A stretch of DNA of 64,000 bases from Gammaproteobacteria bacterium (GCA_965243395.1 CBDEUS010000001.1:256001-320000), one strand, 5' to 3'; shown: positions 21,245-31,148, numbered from the stretch's first letter. Numbers and translations are program-made. Notes: generated by a model from the sequence alone, not told the origin.

Positions 21245-22465
21245 ATGCCATCAGTTCAAAAAGTTGTACTCGCCTATTCGGGTGGTTTAGATACTTCTGT
21301 GATTCTCAAATGGCTGCAAGAAGTCTACAGCTGTGAAGTTGTAACGTTTACAGCCGATATTGGCCAGGGTGAAGAAGTCGAGCCTGCACGTGCAAAAGCA
21401 CAAGCATTAGGGATCAAAGAGATTTTTATCGAAGATCTCACGGAAGAATTTGTAAGTGACTATGTTTTTCCAATGTTTAGAGCAAATACCATATACGAAG
21501 GTGAATATTTGTTAGGCACCTCAATTGCCCGACCTTTAATCGCAAAGCGACTAGTTGAAATTGCGGCCGAAACTGGTGCAGATGCAATTTCTCACGGAGC
21601 AACAGGAAAAGGGAATGATCAGGTTCGTTTTGAGTTAGGTGCTTATGCACTAAATCCGGATATTAAAATTATCGCGCCATGGAGAGAGTGGGATTTAAAC
21701 TCACGCGAAAAGTTACTGGATTATGCGGATAAACATGGAATATCAGTAGAGCAAAAGCGCGGTAAGAAATCGCCATATTCTATGGACGCAAATTTATTAC
21801 ATATTTCATATGAAGGCGGGCCGCTTGAAGACCCATGGAATGAGCCAGAAGAGGATATGTGGAAACTGAGTGTTTCTCCCGAGCAGGCACCCAATGAACC
21901 AGCATATATTGAAATTGGTTTTGAACAAGGTGATGCCGTAAGCATAGAAGGTGAAAAGAAAACACCTGCACAGTTATTAACATTGTTAAACAAGATAGCT
22001 TGTGAGCATGGCGTAGGGCGACAAGACATAGTGGAAAACCGTTATGTAGGGATGAAATCACGTGGATGTTATGAAACACCGGGCGGCACTATTTTGTTGA
22101 AAGCACATCGCGCAATGGAATCTTTAACCATGGATAGAGAGATAGCGCATTTAAAAGATGAGCTCATGCCACGTTACGCTAAGTTAATCTACAACGGTTA
22201 TTGGTGGAGCCCGGAGCGTTTAGCTATGCAACAATGCATTGATGCTACACAAGGGAACGTAACGGGTACTGTACGAGTCAAATTATACAAAGGAAATGTC
22301 ATAGTCGTTGGTCGCAAATCAGACAGTCATAGCTTGTTTGATGCAAATATCGTCACATTTGAGGATGATGAAGGTGCCTATAATCAACAAGATGCCGAGG
22401 GTTTTATTAAATTAAATGCCCTAAGAATGAGAATTGCGGCAAAATCTTCTAGACATCGCGACTAA
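21245..22465 (+). CDS. argG: argininosuccinate synthase
   Basis: [34 protein letters not shown]. Confidence 0.97.
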   Translation: MPSVQKVVLAYSGGLDTSVILKWLQEVYSCEVVTFTADIGQGEEVEPARAKAQALGIKEIFIEDLTEEFVSDYVFPMFRANTIYEGEYLLGTSIARPLIAKRLVEIAAETGADAISHGATGKGNDQVRFELGAYALNPDIKIIAPWREWDLNSREKLLDYADKHGISVEQKRGKKSPYSMDANLLHISYEGGPLEDPWNEPEEDMWKLSVSPEQAPNEPAYIEIGFEQGDAVSIEGEKKTPAQLLTLLNKIACEHGVGRQDIVENRYVGMKSRGCYETPGGTILLKAHRAMESLTMDREIAHLKDELMPRYAKLIYNGYWWSPERLAMQQCIDATQGNVTGTVRVKLYKGNVIVVGRKSDSHSLFDANIVTFEDDEGAYNQQDAEGFIKLNALRMRIAAKSSRHRD

Positions 22466-22508
22466 ATCAATTTAAAACAATAACTATTATTATTTGATCT
22501 AACTCATT

Positions 22509-23237
22509 ATGACTAAATATTTTGCAGTTCTCGTACTTATTTCATTGCTTGGCAGTGGTTGCGCAACATCACCGGAATACACGCCCGATGAGCGAGATCC
22601 ATGGCAGGGATTCAATCGTAAAGTCTACAGTTTTAATGATGCATTGGATCGTTCATTTTTAGTACCTGCAGCGGCTAGTTATCGTGCAGTGACTCCTGAC
22701 ATCGCCGAACAAGGCATTAGTAATTTTTTCTCCAATATAGGAGATTTGGGTGTAGCGTTTAACAATACCTTACAGTTTAAGTTTTTAGATGCCGCTTCCG
22801 ATATCGGTCGGATAATCGTGAATTCAACTATTGGCCTATTAGGTTTTATGGATGTTGCCAGTCATATGGGATTAGAAAAACATGATGAAGATTTTGGGCA
22901 AACACTTGGATACTGGGGTATGGATTCTGGACCTTATTTAATGTTGCCATTTTTTGGTCCGAGTAATTTACGTGATGGACCAGGAAAAGTGGTAGACACT
23001 CTCATTTACCCGCCTAATTGGGCAGACATTAAAACTTCAGAACGTAATGGTTTGTTTGCACTCAATCTAATCAATACGCGTGCAGAATTAATGCAGTTGG
23101 AAGAAAAAGCAGGTGACTTAAGTCGTGATCGTTACGTGTTTATTCGTGACGCATATTTGGATCGTCGAGAATTTCTGGTTAATGATGGTGAAATTTCAAC
23201 GGATGATGATCTTTACGAAGAACTCGAAGACGAATAG
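22509..23237 (+). CDS. mlaA: VacJ/MlaA lipoprotein
   Basis: lipobox GSGC; DPWQGFNR, EDFGQTLG, PFFGPSNLRD. Confidence 0.93.
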   Translation: MTKYFAVLVLISLLGSGCATSPEYTPDERDPWQGFNRKVYSFNDALDRSFLVPAAASYRAVTPDIAEQGISNFFSNIGDLGVAFNNTLQFKFLDAASDIGRIIVNSTIGLLGFMDVASHMGLEKHDEDFGQTLGYWGMDSGPYLMLPFFGPSNLRDGPGKVVDTLIYPPNWADIKTSERNGLFALNLINTRAELMQLEEKAGDLSRDRYVFIRDAYLDRREFLVNDGEISTDDDLYEELEDE

Positions 23238-23254
23238 TTGCTAAATAATGCATC

Positions 23255-24058
23255 GTGGGTAAGTGCATCGTCTGCAATAAATCAGCAGGACCCTTTTACT
23301 CTCTACATAAAGTTTGTTTACCTGTTTACCGGGATGCCCAGCAGTGTTTGAAAGCAAAATTATCTAGCTATCTTGAATCTGAAGAAGAGACATCAATAGC
23401 AGATATTAAAACATGTCGACCTTCTGAAGGTTTTTCGGAATATCACTTTAAACAAATATGCATTAAAGCCTGGCAAGAACATGCCAGAAATGTCGTAAGT
23501 CAAAAATCTTTAAATGTCCCTCTAACAAAGAAGCTTTTAAATTTTGCTAATGAGTTTGATATTTATAAAAATGAAACAGAACCTTATCTGATTTCACGCT
23601 TGATGAACATTGAATATTTGCAGGTCTTACAAAATGATCAGTCAATAGAATTTCACTCTAGCTTTGATATGACAGCGATAGAGCTTAATCAGGGTGAGCA
23701 TGCAATTTGGCAATTTGATGAGATAGATAAATCAGAACAGCATCAATATTCACAACAAAAGTCTTCGACGATATTTAATACGCTATTAGACAATTTATTC
23801 ATGAAGTCGCGATATAAACCCTTAGATGTGAAGCTAGAAAAGTCAGGAAAATTATTAATCACTAATCAAGCACTACATTATTTGTTAGATAACTCAGTAA
23901 AAGAAACAAAATTCTCAGATATTCACTCTGTAACGCCTATGAAAAATGGCATAAGAGTTCAAGCAGCAACAAGGAATGCATCACCAGATACCTACATAAC
24001 TGGAGATGGGCGTTTTACATATGCCTTGCTGCAATATGCGCAAGGTAAAGAAATCTAG
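23255..24058 (+). CDS. hypothetical protein (N-terminal CxxC, C-terminal PH-like region)
   Basis: CIVC...HKVC; GKLLITNQ..F..I. Confidence 0.6.
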   Translation: MGKCIVCNKSAGPFYSLHKVCLPVYRDAQQCLKAKLSSYLESEEETSIADIKTCRPSEGFSEYHFKQICIKAWQEHARNVVSQKSLNVPLTKKLLNFANEFDIYKNETEPYLISRLMNIEYLQVLQNDQSIEFHSSFDMTAIELNQGEHAIWQFDEIDKSEQHQYSQQKSSTIFNTLLDNLFMKSRYKPLDVKLEKSGKLLITNQALHYLLDNSVKETKFSDIHSVTPMKNGIRVQAATRNASPDTYITGDGRFTYALLQYAQGKEI

Positions 24059-24064
24059 ATAAGC

Positions 24065-24205
24065 TTAACCGCCAAATAGTTTTTTGAGCCAACCCATGAA
24101 GCCACCACTATCACTACTTTGTGACGATTTTGATTGGGTGGTTCGCCCGTTCTGAGCTTCATAGTGACGGCGTAAAACCGAATCAGTAGGAACTGCGTTA
24201 TCCAT
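24065..24205 (-). CDS. small hypothetical protein (46 aa)
   Basis: GGAG RBS; PTDSVLRRHY; amphipathic GFMGWLKKLFGG tail. Confidence 0.6.
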   Translation of the reverse strand: MDNAVPTDSVLRRHYEAQNGRTTQSKSSQSSDSGGFMGWLKKLFGG

Positions 24206-24450
24206 TTTTTCTCCTTTTGACCTTAGTTGAACAAGGATAGGTATTGTTATAGTTATGGAGACTGCGTGTACCTGGGTACAACTAGCGATTTTGTGCTTTG
24301 TTTGGCAAAGGGTCAACTAAGAATGCAGTACTATGCAAAGAAATTTGGTCTATTTTTGTAGTGGTTAAGTTTTAACTACTTGCTAATAAGCTGGTATTAT
24401 AATCAGGCATAAATTATTAAATAATCATAACGAGTTTAAGGATTTAACGG

Positions 24451-25077
24451 ATGAATAGAAAAGCGCTAGAAGTGCTGGCGGGTGGCAGATATCTCGAAGA
24501 CACGGTTATTCATGACAAGGACCGAGATCCAGAACTTGAAAGCCATGTTCGTAAAATGCTTGAGCTCATAGGTGAAGACCCAACTCGTGAAGGACTATTG
24601 GATACCCCAAAACGCGTTGCTAAAGCGATGCATTTTTTAACGGGGGGATATCAGCTTGGTGTAGAAGATGTTGTTCGTGAAGCATTGTTCGAAGAACAAT
24701 GTGAAGAAATGGTGATTGTTAAGGATGTTGAATTTTATTCTTTATGTGAACATCACATGCTGCCATTTTTTGGTCGTGCACATGTAGGCTATTTGCCAAA
24801 AAATAAAGTCATTGGTTTAAGCAAAATTGCACGTGTTGTGGATGTATTTGCAAGACGTTTACAAGTTCAGGAAAGACTCACTACGCAAATTGCTAGAGGA
24901 TTAATTGACGTATTAGATGCACATGGCGTTGCAGTTGTAATTGAAGCAAGTCACTTCTGTATGGTGATGCGCGGTGTGCAAAAGCAAAATAGTAAAACGG
25001 TTACCAGTTCTATGCTTGGGGCATTCCGGGATGATTCTCGTTCACGCTCAGAATTTATGGAGCATATTCGTGATTAA
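24451..25077 (+). CDS. folE: GTP cyclohydrolase I
   Basis: [47 protein letters not shown]. Confidence 0.97.
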   Translation: MNRKALEVLAGGRYLEDTVIHDKDRDPELESHVRKMLELIGEDPTREGLLDTPKRVAKAMHFLTGGYQLGVEDVVREALFEEQCEEMVIVKDVEFYSLCEHHMLPFFGRAHVGYLPKNKVIGLSKIARVVDVFARRLQVQERLTTQIARGLIDVLDAHGVAVVIEASHFCMVMRGVQKQNSKTVTSSMLGAFRDDSRSRSEFMEHIRD

Positions 25078-25408
25078 CTGATCACATAGATGCGCGATTA
25101 TGACGCTCATCAGGAATGATGCATCCAATAAAAGTTAAGTCGGTTAAAAAAATATTCAGGTTGGAAATTTCAATTCAGATCTCTAAAGTGTTCGCAGTTA
25201 ATTAAATATTTCCATTATGGGAATAATTGCAAATTGTCCAAAGCAGACAAACGGTAGCTTTCAAAAAATTAATTTCACGAATAATGAGAGGTTTACCTCT
25301 CTTTTTTCCACTGCATAGAATCAATGTATAATTTAATCAAGATGAATGGATAAATATCTTTAATTCCCATACGTTAATTAACTAACACTGTACTGAGGTT
25401 TGTCTGCA

Positions 25409-25672
25409 ATGGAACTGCATGGTTGGAATAGTTGTAAACACATAACTCCAGAAATAAAACAGCAACCAAATAATAGAATCGCATCTGATCCTATTTGGTT
25501 ATTACTTGTAGATGGTACCGTTCTAGGTCATACGGTACGGTGTTTTTTAGATAGTAAAACAGAAATATCATGGGGCGGGATTAAAAAAGAGCTTGTTTCA
25601 CATTGGGCTTACAACATTCCTCCACCACTTCCTAATGAATTTACACCTAAAAAAATAAAGAAAACTGTTTAA
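25409..25672 (+). CDS. hypothetical protein, DUF551-like
   Basis: GWNSCKHITP...VSHWAYNIPPP resembles the DUF551 end motifs. Confidence 0.45.
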   Translation: MELHGWNSCKHITPEIKQQPNNRIASDPIWLLLVDGTVLGHTVRCFLDSKTEISWGGIKKELVSHWAYNIPPPLPNEFTPKKIKKTV

Positions 25673-25868
25673 GGTTTGATTGACGAGTGATAAATATAAA
25701 TATTTGGATCTCGCAGACATTGATAAGTTAAACTTAAGCTCAGAAGCGGGGATTAGGACTGTAGAAAAATTATAATTTCTTTGAAGTTTGGGAGAAGTGA
25801 TAATGTTTACTTAAGACTCAAAGTAGACATTTTCTGTAAGTGTTATGCCAACATAATATAGGTGCTTT

Positions 25869-26225
25869 ATGCGAAATATAGTAAATATTGTCGTTGTATA
25901 TATTACAGTCACAACTTTGATTATTGGCCAAACTATGCCAGCTTATGCAGGGCTTGTGGGTACAGATCAAATTTTACTAGAGGAAGTGACAAGTCAGGAT
26001 CGAGAAGTTCTGTATGAAATTTTCAATCGTAGCGATGCTCAGAAATTATTAGAAAAGAGTGGTGTTTCTAATAAACAAGCACATGAGCGAATAGCAGCTC
26101 TTACCGATGAGGAAGTAAGGATGTTCGCACAAAATTTTGAAGAACTTCCAGCAGGCGGTGTAGGCAATGCTGCGGCCATACTAATTTTAGTTTTGCTAAT
26201 AATTGTTCTTGCACTTGGAAATTGA
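25869..26225 (+). CDS. PA2779-family exported protein (copy 1)
   Basis: PAYAGLVGTDQIL, AHERIAALTDEE, LPAGG plus hydrophobic tail. Confidence 0.75.
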   Translation: MRNIVNIVVVYITVTTLIIGQTMPAYAGLVGTDQILLEEVTSQDREVLYEIFNRSDAQKLLEKSGVSNKQAHERIAALTDEEVRMFAQNFEELPAGGVGNAAAILILVLLIIVLALGN

Positions 26226-26394
26226 GAGCATTAGCGGATTTAGACATGTCCGCTCTCGAGCCAAAGTATGAGCACATAGAAGTGCGAACATGATGTACAT
26301 CGTGGACGATGTCTCTGGTTCTGTTCTTAATTAGAATGTCTGCTTTCGGCCCAAAGCGGACATAATTTGGTTTAATAATTCTTGGAATACTCCT

Positions 26395-26967
26395 ATGAAG
26401 CATCATGCCCTTGGTCTAGCGTTAATCTTAATTTTTACGATCCCAAAAATATGTTTAAGTGTAGATCAAGATTTCTATACAAACTTACGGTTAGAATTTT
26501 CTCAACGTGAAAATTATGATGCACTCTGGCATGTATCCTCGGAGCGGAAAGATATTTTTCAAGCTATTAAAGATAAAAACTATGAACTTACGGCAAGCAA
26601 GTCCAAAGTTTGGTTAGATAAATATCCAATCGATGCTGAAATTCATTATATTGCTGCACTTTCCAACGATAATTTAGGTAATCTTCAAGAATCAACTTAC
26701 CATTATTCGAATTTTTATGGTTTATTGAACTCTTTATTGCAATCAGGTGACGGATTATCATCAGAAACAGCGATACAAGTTATTTCAACAGCAGAGGAAT
26801 ATTTAGTAATCCAATTTATTGGTGGAAAATTTATTGAGCAATCTTTGATTCAAGGTAAATGCACTGCATATGATCAAATGGAGATTGAGATTAATGGCGA
26901 AAAGAGAAAAATGTATTTTGATGTAGCAATTCCTCTAACAGGAAAACCCGCCAAGCTTGATTGCTAA
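26395..26967 (+). CDS. exported DUF4919-like protein (cassette)
   Basis: signal peptide; SGDGLS.ETAIQVISTAEEY, YFDV. Confidence 0.7.
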   Translation: MKHHALGLALILIFTIPKICLSVDQDFYTNLRLEFSQRENYDALWHVSSERKDIFQAIKDKNYELTASKSKVWLDKYPIDAEIHYIAALSNDNLGNLQESTYHYSNFYGLLNSLLQSGDGLSSETAIQVISTAEEYLVIQFIGGKFIEQSLIQGKCTAYDQMEIEINGEKRKMYFDVAIPLTGKPAKLDC

Positions 26968-26981
26968 TTCAATTTTAATAA

Positions 26982-27082
26982 TTGACCGCTTTTGGCCGAA
27001 AGGAGACATAAAATGGTATGCAGTTGGTTGGTATCAACAAATTACAAACTTAAAATGTCCGGTATCGACCCGAAGCGGACAT
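26982..27082 (+). promoter_or_regulatory. 101-bp repeat-linker-repeat unit 1, putative promoter cassette
   Basis: 45-bp linker giving TTGGTA-N17-TAAAAT. Confidence 0.6.
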
Positions 27083-27130
27083 AAACTTGAATCATAATTA
27101 ATCTCTGTAAAGAAATCTGGAAGTTTTAAA

Positions 27131-27514
27131 TTGGCACATAATCTTGAAATAAATAAGCAGAATGCCATTGCATTTTATAAGACTGCCTATAACGGTGAAC
27201 CACGAAAAGCAGTTGAGCAATATGTCGGTGATGAATACATACAACACAATCCTGATGTAAAAGATGGTAAAGAGGGATTTATTGAATACTTTGAAGCAAT
27301 GGCAAGAGAGTATCCAAACAAAAGCATTGAATTTGTTCGCTCAATTGCAGAAGGCAACTTGGTGTCATTACACACTTACCAAACTTGGCCAGGAAATGAT
27401 GAATATGTAACGATGGATTTTTTCAGGTTTGATGATAATGGAAAAATTGTGGAGCATTGGGATTCAGTGCAACAGATACCAAACGAATCAGCGAATGATA
27501 ATAATATGTACTGA
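27131..27514 (+). CDS. SnoaL-like/NTF2-family protein (cassette)
   Basis: YIQHNP.V.DG.EGF, DFFRFDDNGKIVEHWD. Confidence 0.85.
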   Translation: MAHNLEINKQNAIAFYKTAYNGEPRKAVEQYVGDEYIQHNPDVKDGKEGFIEYFEAMAREYPNKSIEFVRSIAEGNLVSLHTYQTWPGNDEYVTMDFFRFDDNGKIVEHWDSVQQIPNESANDNNMY

Positions 27515-27575
27515 TAGTTGTTCTTTTTACATGTCCGTTATCGACCCAAAGCGGACATTTTTACGAAGTATAAAG

Positions 27576-28268
27576 ATGAAAAGTATAAGGAATATTTTAT
27601 ACAGTTTATCAATGGCTTTTGTTGTAAGTTGCGGTACTCCTGGTGTTGTTAATGAAATTAAAGTTGAACCTGTTAAAGAATCTAAGTGGGAGAATACTAG
27701 TTGGTCGCTAAATTTTATGTTTATTTGGCCAGTATATGAGAAAAAAGAACAAACTAATAAGGATTTGAGTGTTAGCGAAACAAATGAAAAAGAATTAGTG
27801 ATACACGGCCCGAAGCCAGCAAGTGAATTTGACCTAAGCGAAAATTTAAAAGCTGGCTTATCACGTTTTAGAGAAGATTTTTTCAATCAGCTGCCAATGA
27901 GTGCATCACTTAAAAAATCAGATGCTGATTACGATGTTGTTATAACTTTTACAATCAAAGACACACGTGGTCCTATTTATGTTGATGAAAAGGATTTAGA
28001 AATTGCAAAAAGAGCAGTAGATATAGATTTACTTACACCTATTGATCTTTTAGTAAAAGCTGACTTTGATGTGCTATATGATTTAACTACAAGCACAGGT
28101 GATGTGTTTCAAAAAAGCTACACTGTAATTGATTCAGTTGATCATCAGGAAAGTAGGTATGGAAGAAAATCAAATAGCCATATAGAACTATTGTCTAAGA
28201 AGATTTTTCGCAATCAAACTTTGAAAACTTCTAATAAATTTCTTGAAGAAGCTGCTAAAAAATTATAA
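27576..28268 (+). CDS. lipoprotein, hypothetical (cassette)
   Basis: MKSIR...FVVSC lipobox; start placed after the repeat. Confidence 0.7.
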   Translation: MKSIRNILYSLSMAFVVSCGTPGVVNEIKVEPVKESKWENTSWSLNFMFIWPVYEKKEQTNKDLSVSETNEKELVIHGPKPASEFDLSENLKAGLSRFREDFFNQLPMSASLKKSDADYDVVITFTIKDTRGPIYVDEKDLEIAKRAVDIDLLTPIDLLVKADFDVLYDLTTSTGDVFQKSYTVIDSVDHQESRYGRKSNSHIELLSKKIFRNQTLKTSNKFLEEAAKKL

Positions 28269-28272
28269 ATAA

Positions 28273-28373
28273 ATGTCCGCTATTGGCCGAAAGTAGTCAT
28301 AAAACAGGATGAACTAGGTTGGAATCAATAAGATGCAATCTTAAAATGTCCGGTAACAAACCATAGCAGACAT
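28273..28373 (+). promoter_or_regulatory. 101-bp repeat-linker-repeat unit 2, putative promoter cassette
   Basis: 45-bp linker giving TTGGAA-N17-TAAAAT. Confidence 0.6.
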
Positions 28374-28407
28374 TGCTTGTTTGCATCTTGTATGAGGTAT
28401 ATTCCAA

Positions 28408-28905
28408 ATGAATAAAGTAATAATACTTACGTTAATTATTTCAATATCGACTCTTTGTTTTGCAGACGAACTTACTCAGGAGAAGAGAGAAGATATTTTG
28501 TATTTATTAGAAAGATCAGGAAGTTTAGATGTTGGGTTAGAACTAGCTACAAATATTACCCAACAATTTAATCAAGTTTTAAGTCAAACAAATAAAGATA
28601 TTCCTAAGAATGTGTTCGTAGTTTTGCAAGAAGAATTAGAAATACTTTTGAAAGAAGAAACAGGCAAAAATGGGGGGCTTACTGATATTTCAATTAATGT
28701 GTATCACGATCACTTTACTCACGATGAAATAAAGCAACTCAATAAGTTCTATGATTCACCTATTGGTCAAAAACTGGCAGCTCGCACGCCCACGATAGCG
28801 AGAGAATCAATGATCGCAAGTCAGAAATGGGCTGAGAACATGCAGCCTTTGCTAGTAGATCGTGCGTTAACTGTTTTACGTTCTCAAGGCTATAATTTTG
28901 AATGA
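28408..28905 (+). CDS. exported DUF2059 protein (cassette)
   Basis: signal peptide; YHDHFTHDEIKQLNKFYDSPIGQK; stop codon lies inside the repeat. Confidence 0.8.
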   Translation: MNKVIILTLIISISTLCFADELTQEKREDILYLLERSGSLDVGLELATNITQQFNQVLSQTNKDIPKNVFVVLQEELEILLKEETGKNGGLTDISINVYHDHFTHDEIKQLNKFYDSPIGQKLAARTPTIARESMIASQKWAENMQPLLVDRALTVLRSQGYNFE

Positions 28906-28935
28906 CCGCTAACGATCCAAAGCGGACACTATTTA

Positions 28936-29247
28936 GTGAAATATCAACTTGTTATTCAATTTCCAGCTGAGTCTCAAAATGACTTCGACAATCTTATCGA
29001 AATTGAGAATGAATTAATAAAAAAGTTAACTGGTGACTCAGAAGTTGATGGGCATGATTTCGGAAGTGGAGAAATGAATATATTCATCTTCACGAATGAG
29101 CCTAATAAAACATTTAGTCATGTCATTACTATGTTAACAAGTAGAGATGAAAATATTTCGAATATGAAAGCTGGCTATAGAGTCATTGAAGATGAGGATT
29201 TCACTGTACTGTGGCCTAATGATCTAACAGAATTTGTAGTACGATGA
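28936..29247 (+). CDS. acidic hypothetical protein (cassette)
   Basis: VDGHDFGSGEMNIFIFT; flanked by repeats; stop inside the repeat. Confidence 0.75.
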   Translation: MKYQLVIQFPAESQNDFDNLIEIENELIKKLTGDSEVDGHDFGSGEMNIFIFTNEPNKTFSHVITMLTSRDENISNMKAGYRVIEDEDFTVLWPNDLTEFVVR

Positions 29248-29303
29248 CCGCTAACGACCCAAAGCGGATATTAGTTAATATTAATATCTAACAAAATACT
29301 ACT

Positions 29304-29645
29304 GTGTCTATTAAATTTCACTTCATGCTTGGATTGATATTATTGGCATTGTATGGATTATTTTTATTTAAAATTGAATCTATTCTTCCGTATTTTTATG
29401 ATGTATTAAGTGGAGATGTGCGCTCCAGTGGCCCTAGATACACCTATTGGGCCATTTGTATAGTTCTTGTTTTACCTTCAGTTTCAGTGTTCTTCTTTCT
29501 TTTTGGAAATAAAGTCAGTGATTGGTTATCTATGTACGTAAGACATGGTGATTTTTATACTAAAGGAGTGATTTATTTATTTGGATACATCAGTCTAATG
29601 TTTTCAGTAATAGTTATATTCTTATTTAAGTTAATAGAATATTAA
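29304..29645 (+). CDS. 3-TM membrane protein (cassette)
   Basis: three hydrophobic segments; flanked by repeats. Confidence 0.65.
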   Translation: MSIKFHFMLGLILLALYGLFLFKIESILPYFYDVLSGDVRSSGPRYTYWAICIVLVLPSVSVFFFLFGNKVSDWLSMYVRHGDFYTKGVIYLFGYISLMFSVIVIFLFKLIEY

Positions 29646-29678
29646 TATCTGCTATTGGTCGAAAGGAGACAAATTTAA

Positions 29679-29834
29679 ATGGCTAAAGATGAATCGTTAG
29701 AAAAGTTTGAAAAAGAATACGAAGAAACTCGTAAGAAAATTGAAGAGATTGAAGATAAGGCGCTTCGGAAAATTAGGAAAAAAGACCGATCAAACAGTAA
29801 CGGTGATAATGGAATTGGTGACCGCCCTGAATGA
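29679..29834 (+). CDS. 51-aa cassette ORF with sigma70 region 4.2-like helix (not in ORF track)
   Basis: MAKDESLEKFEKEYEETRKKIEEIEDKALRKIRKKDRSNSNGDNGIGDRPE; AGGAG RBS in the upstream repeat, TGA in the downstream repeat. Confidence 0.65.
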   Translation: MAKDESLEKFEKEYEETRKKIEEIEDKALRKIRKKDRSNSNGDNGIGDRPE

Positions 29835-29870
29835 CCGCTAATGGCCGAAAGCAGAAATTACACTAAATAA

Positions 29871-30284
29871 ATGTTCAATCTAAAAAATAAAATTTTCTTG
29901 ATTGCTCTGATCGTTGGATTAGTGCTTTTATTAATTGGTTGTTCAAAATCTCATGATCTCGATATAGATAAAATTACCTCAATTACTGTTACCCATCTTG
30001 GTGACAATGATTCATTAAATGATCTGATAGAGTTTTGTGTGGGGACGTCAGAACTATCCAATACTAAGAAATGGCTTAGACACAATAGGGACGATTGGAA
30101 ATCTCACATAGATACAGAACCAGCAGGAAAATTATTAATATCAGGTCACGGATTTAGGCTAAATGTTGGTGATTCGTGGGTGATAATGATTTGTGATCAT
30201 GATGACGGAGAAACTCATCGATTAACAAAAACTATATCTCCTGCGGAATTTAGTTATTTGGATAAATCTGAAAAATTACAATGA
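29871..30284 (+). CDS. lipoprotein, hypothetical (cassette)
   Basis: LLIGC lipobox; stop inside the repeat. Confidence 0.7.
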   Translation: MFNLKNKIFLIALIVGLVLLLIGCSKSHDLDIDKITSITVTHLGDNDSLNDLIEFCVGTSELSNTKKWLRHNRDDWKSHIDTEPAGKLLISGHGFRLNVGDSWVIMICDHDDGETHRLTKTISPAEFSYLDKSEKLQ

Positions 30285-30381
30285 CCGCTTATGGCCGAAA
30301 GCAGTCATAATTTAAGGTGAACTAGGTTGGATTCAATAAAATACCGGCACAAGATGTTTGGCATTGACCCAAAGATGACAT
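30281..30381 (+). promoter_or_regulatory. 101-bp repeat-linker-repeat unit 3 (more degenerate)
   Basis: 45-bp linker aligns without gaps to units 1 and 2; TTGGAT-N17-CAAGAT. Confidence 0.5.
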
Positions 30382-30482
30382 GATTTATGCCATTCAGTAT
30401 TTAGCTGATTGGTTGGAATAAAATTTAGTGCCAATATCATTATCTTCGCACATAGGGGAAATTCACATATCGGGAGTATTCC

Positions 30483-31148
30483 ATGAAAACTAAGTTAGCT
30501 TTTGTAATTGTATTATTACTTGGTGGTTGCCAAACACCAAATGTTCCAGATGATTTTAGCTTTGAGCCAAGCGCTGATAAAAATACAGGAATTATAATTG
30601 GTTCAGTGACTCAAAATAATGATGTTTCGAATGCTACTGTGGCAGATTTCAGAATTGATCATCAATTAAAAAAAGATACAAAACTTTTGTACTCAATGAA
30701 CACTAATGAGCTGTTGGGCGGATTTGCAAATAAGTTTGGATTTGAAGAAGGAAATCTTGGTGGACGTATGTTCGTTGTGGAAGTTGAAGAAGGAGATCAC
30801 CAGTTAGATTACTGGTCGATAAATCACAACAATAACTACCTCATTATTTATCCAAAAGTACCGCCGCCAAAACTTGAATTTAGTTTAGAACATGGACAAA
30901 TTATGTATATTGGTAATTTTCATATAGATATCGTAGCAGAAAAGAATTTTTTAGGCGCGTTATTGCCCCTAGGTGGAGAGCCATCAATAAATAATAAATA
31001 TCCTAGAGATATAGAATTAATATATGAAAAATACCCTCAGCTTAAGGATAAAGAAATAACCATAAATGTCTTACATGAAGGCACATGGATAAACGAGATT
31101 CATGAAGAGGAAGAATTAGAAATACCTACATCCAAAGAACAGTCATGA
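30483..31148 (+). CDS. lipoprotein, hypothetical
   Basis: LLGGC lipobox; GGGAG RBS. Confidence 0.75.
   Translation: MKTKLAFVIVLLLGGCQTPNVPDDFSFEPSADKNTGIIIGSVTQNNDVSNATVADFRIDHQLKKDTKLLYSMNTNELLGGFANKFGFEEGNLGGRMFVVEVEEGDHQLDYWSINHNNNYLIIYPKVPPPKLEFSLEHGQIMYIGNFHIDIVAEKNFLGALLPLGGEPSINNKYPRDIELIYEKYPQLKDKEITINVLHEGTWINEIHEEEELEIPTSKEQS

Noticed and set aside
27429-27575. N-terminal extension of the 279-aa ORF
   Set aside because: It overlaps the SnoaL gene and reads through the repeat (MSVIDPKRT); the lipoprotein signal starts at 27576.
26982-30381. CRISPR array (28-bp palindromic repeats, some 45-bp spacers)
   Set aside because: Most intervals are gene-sized. The 45-bp linkers are homologous to each other rather than unique, the repeats are too degenerate, and there are no cas genes.
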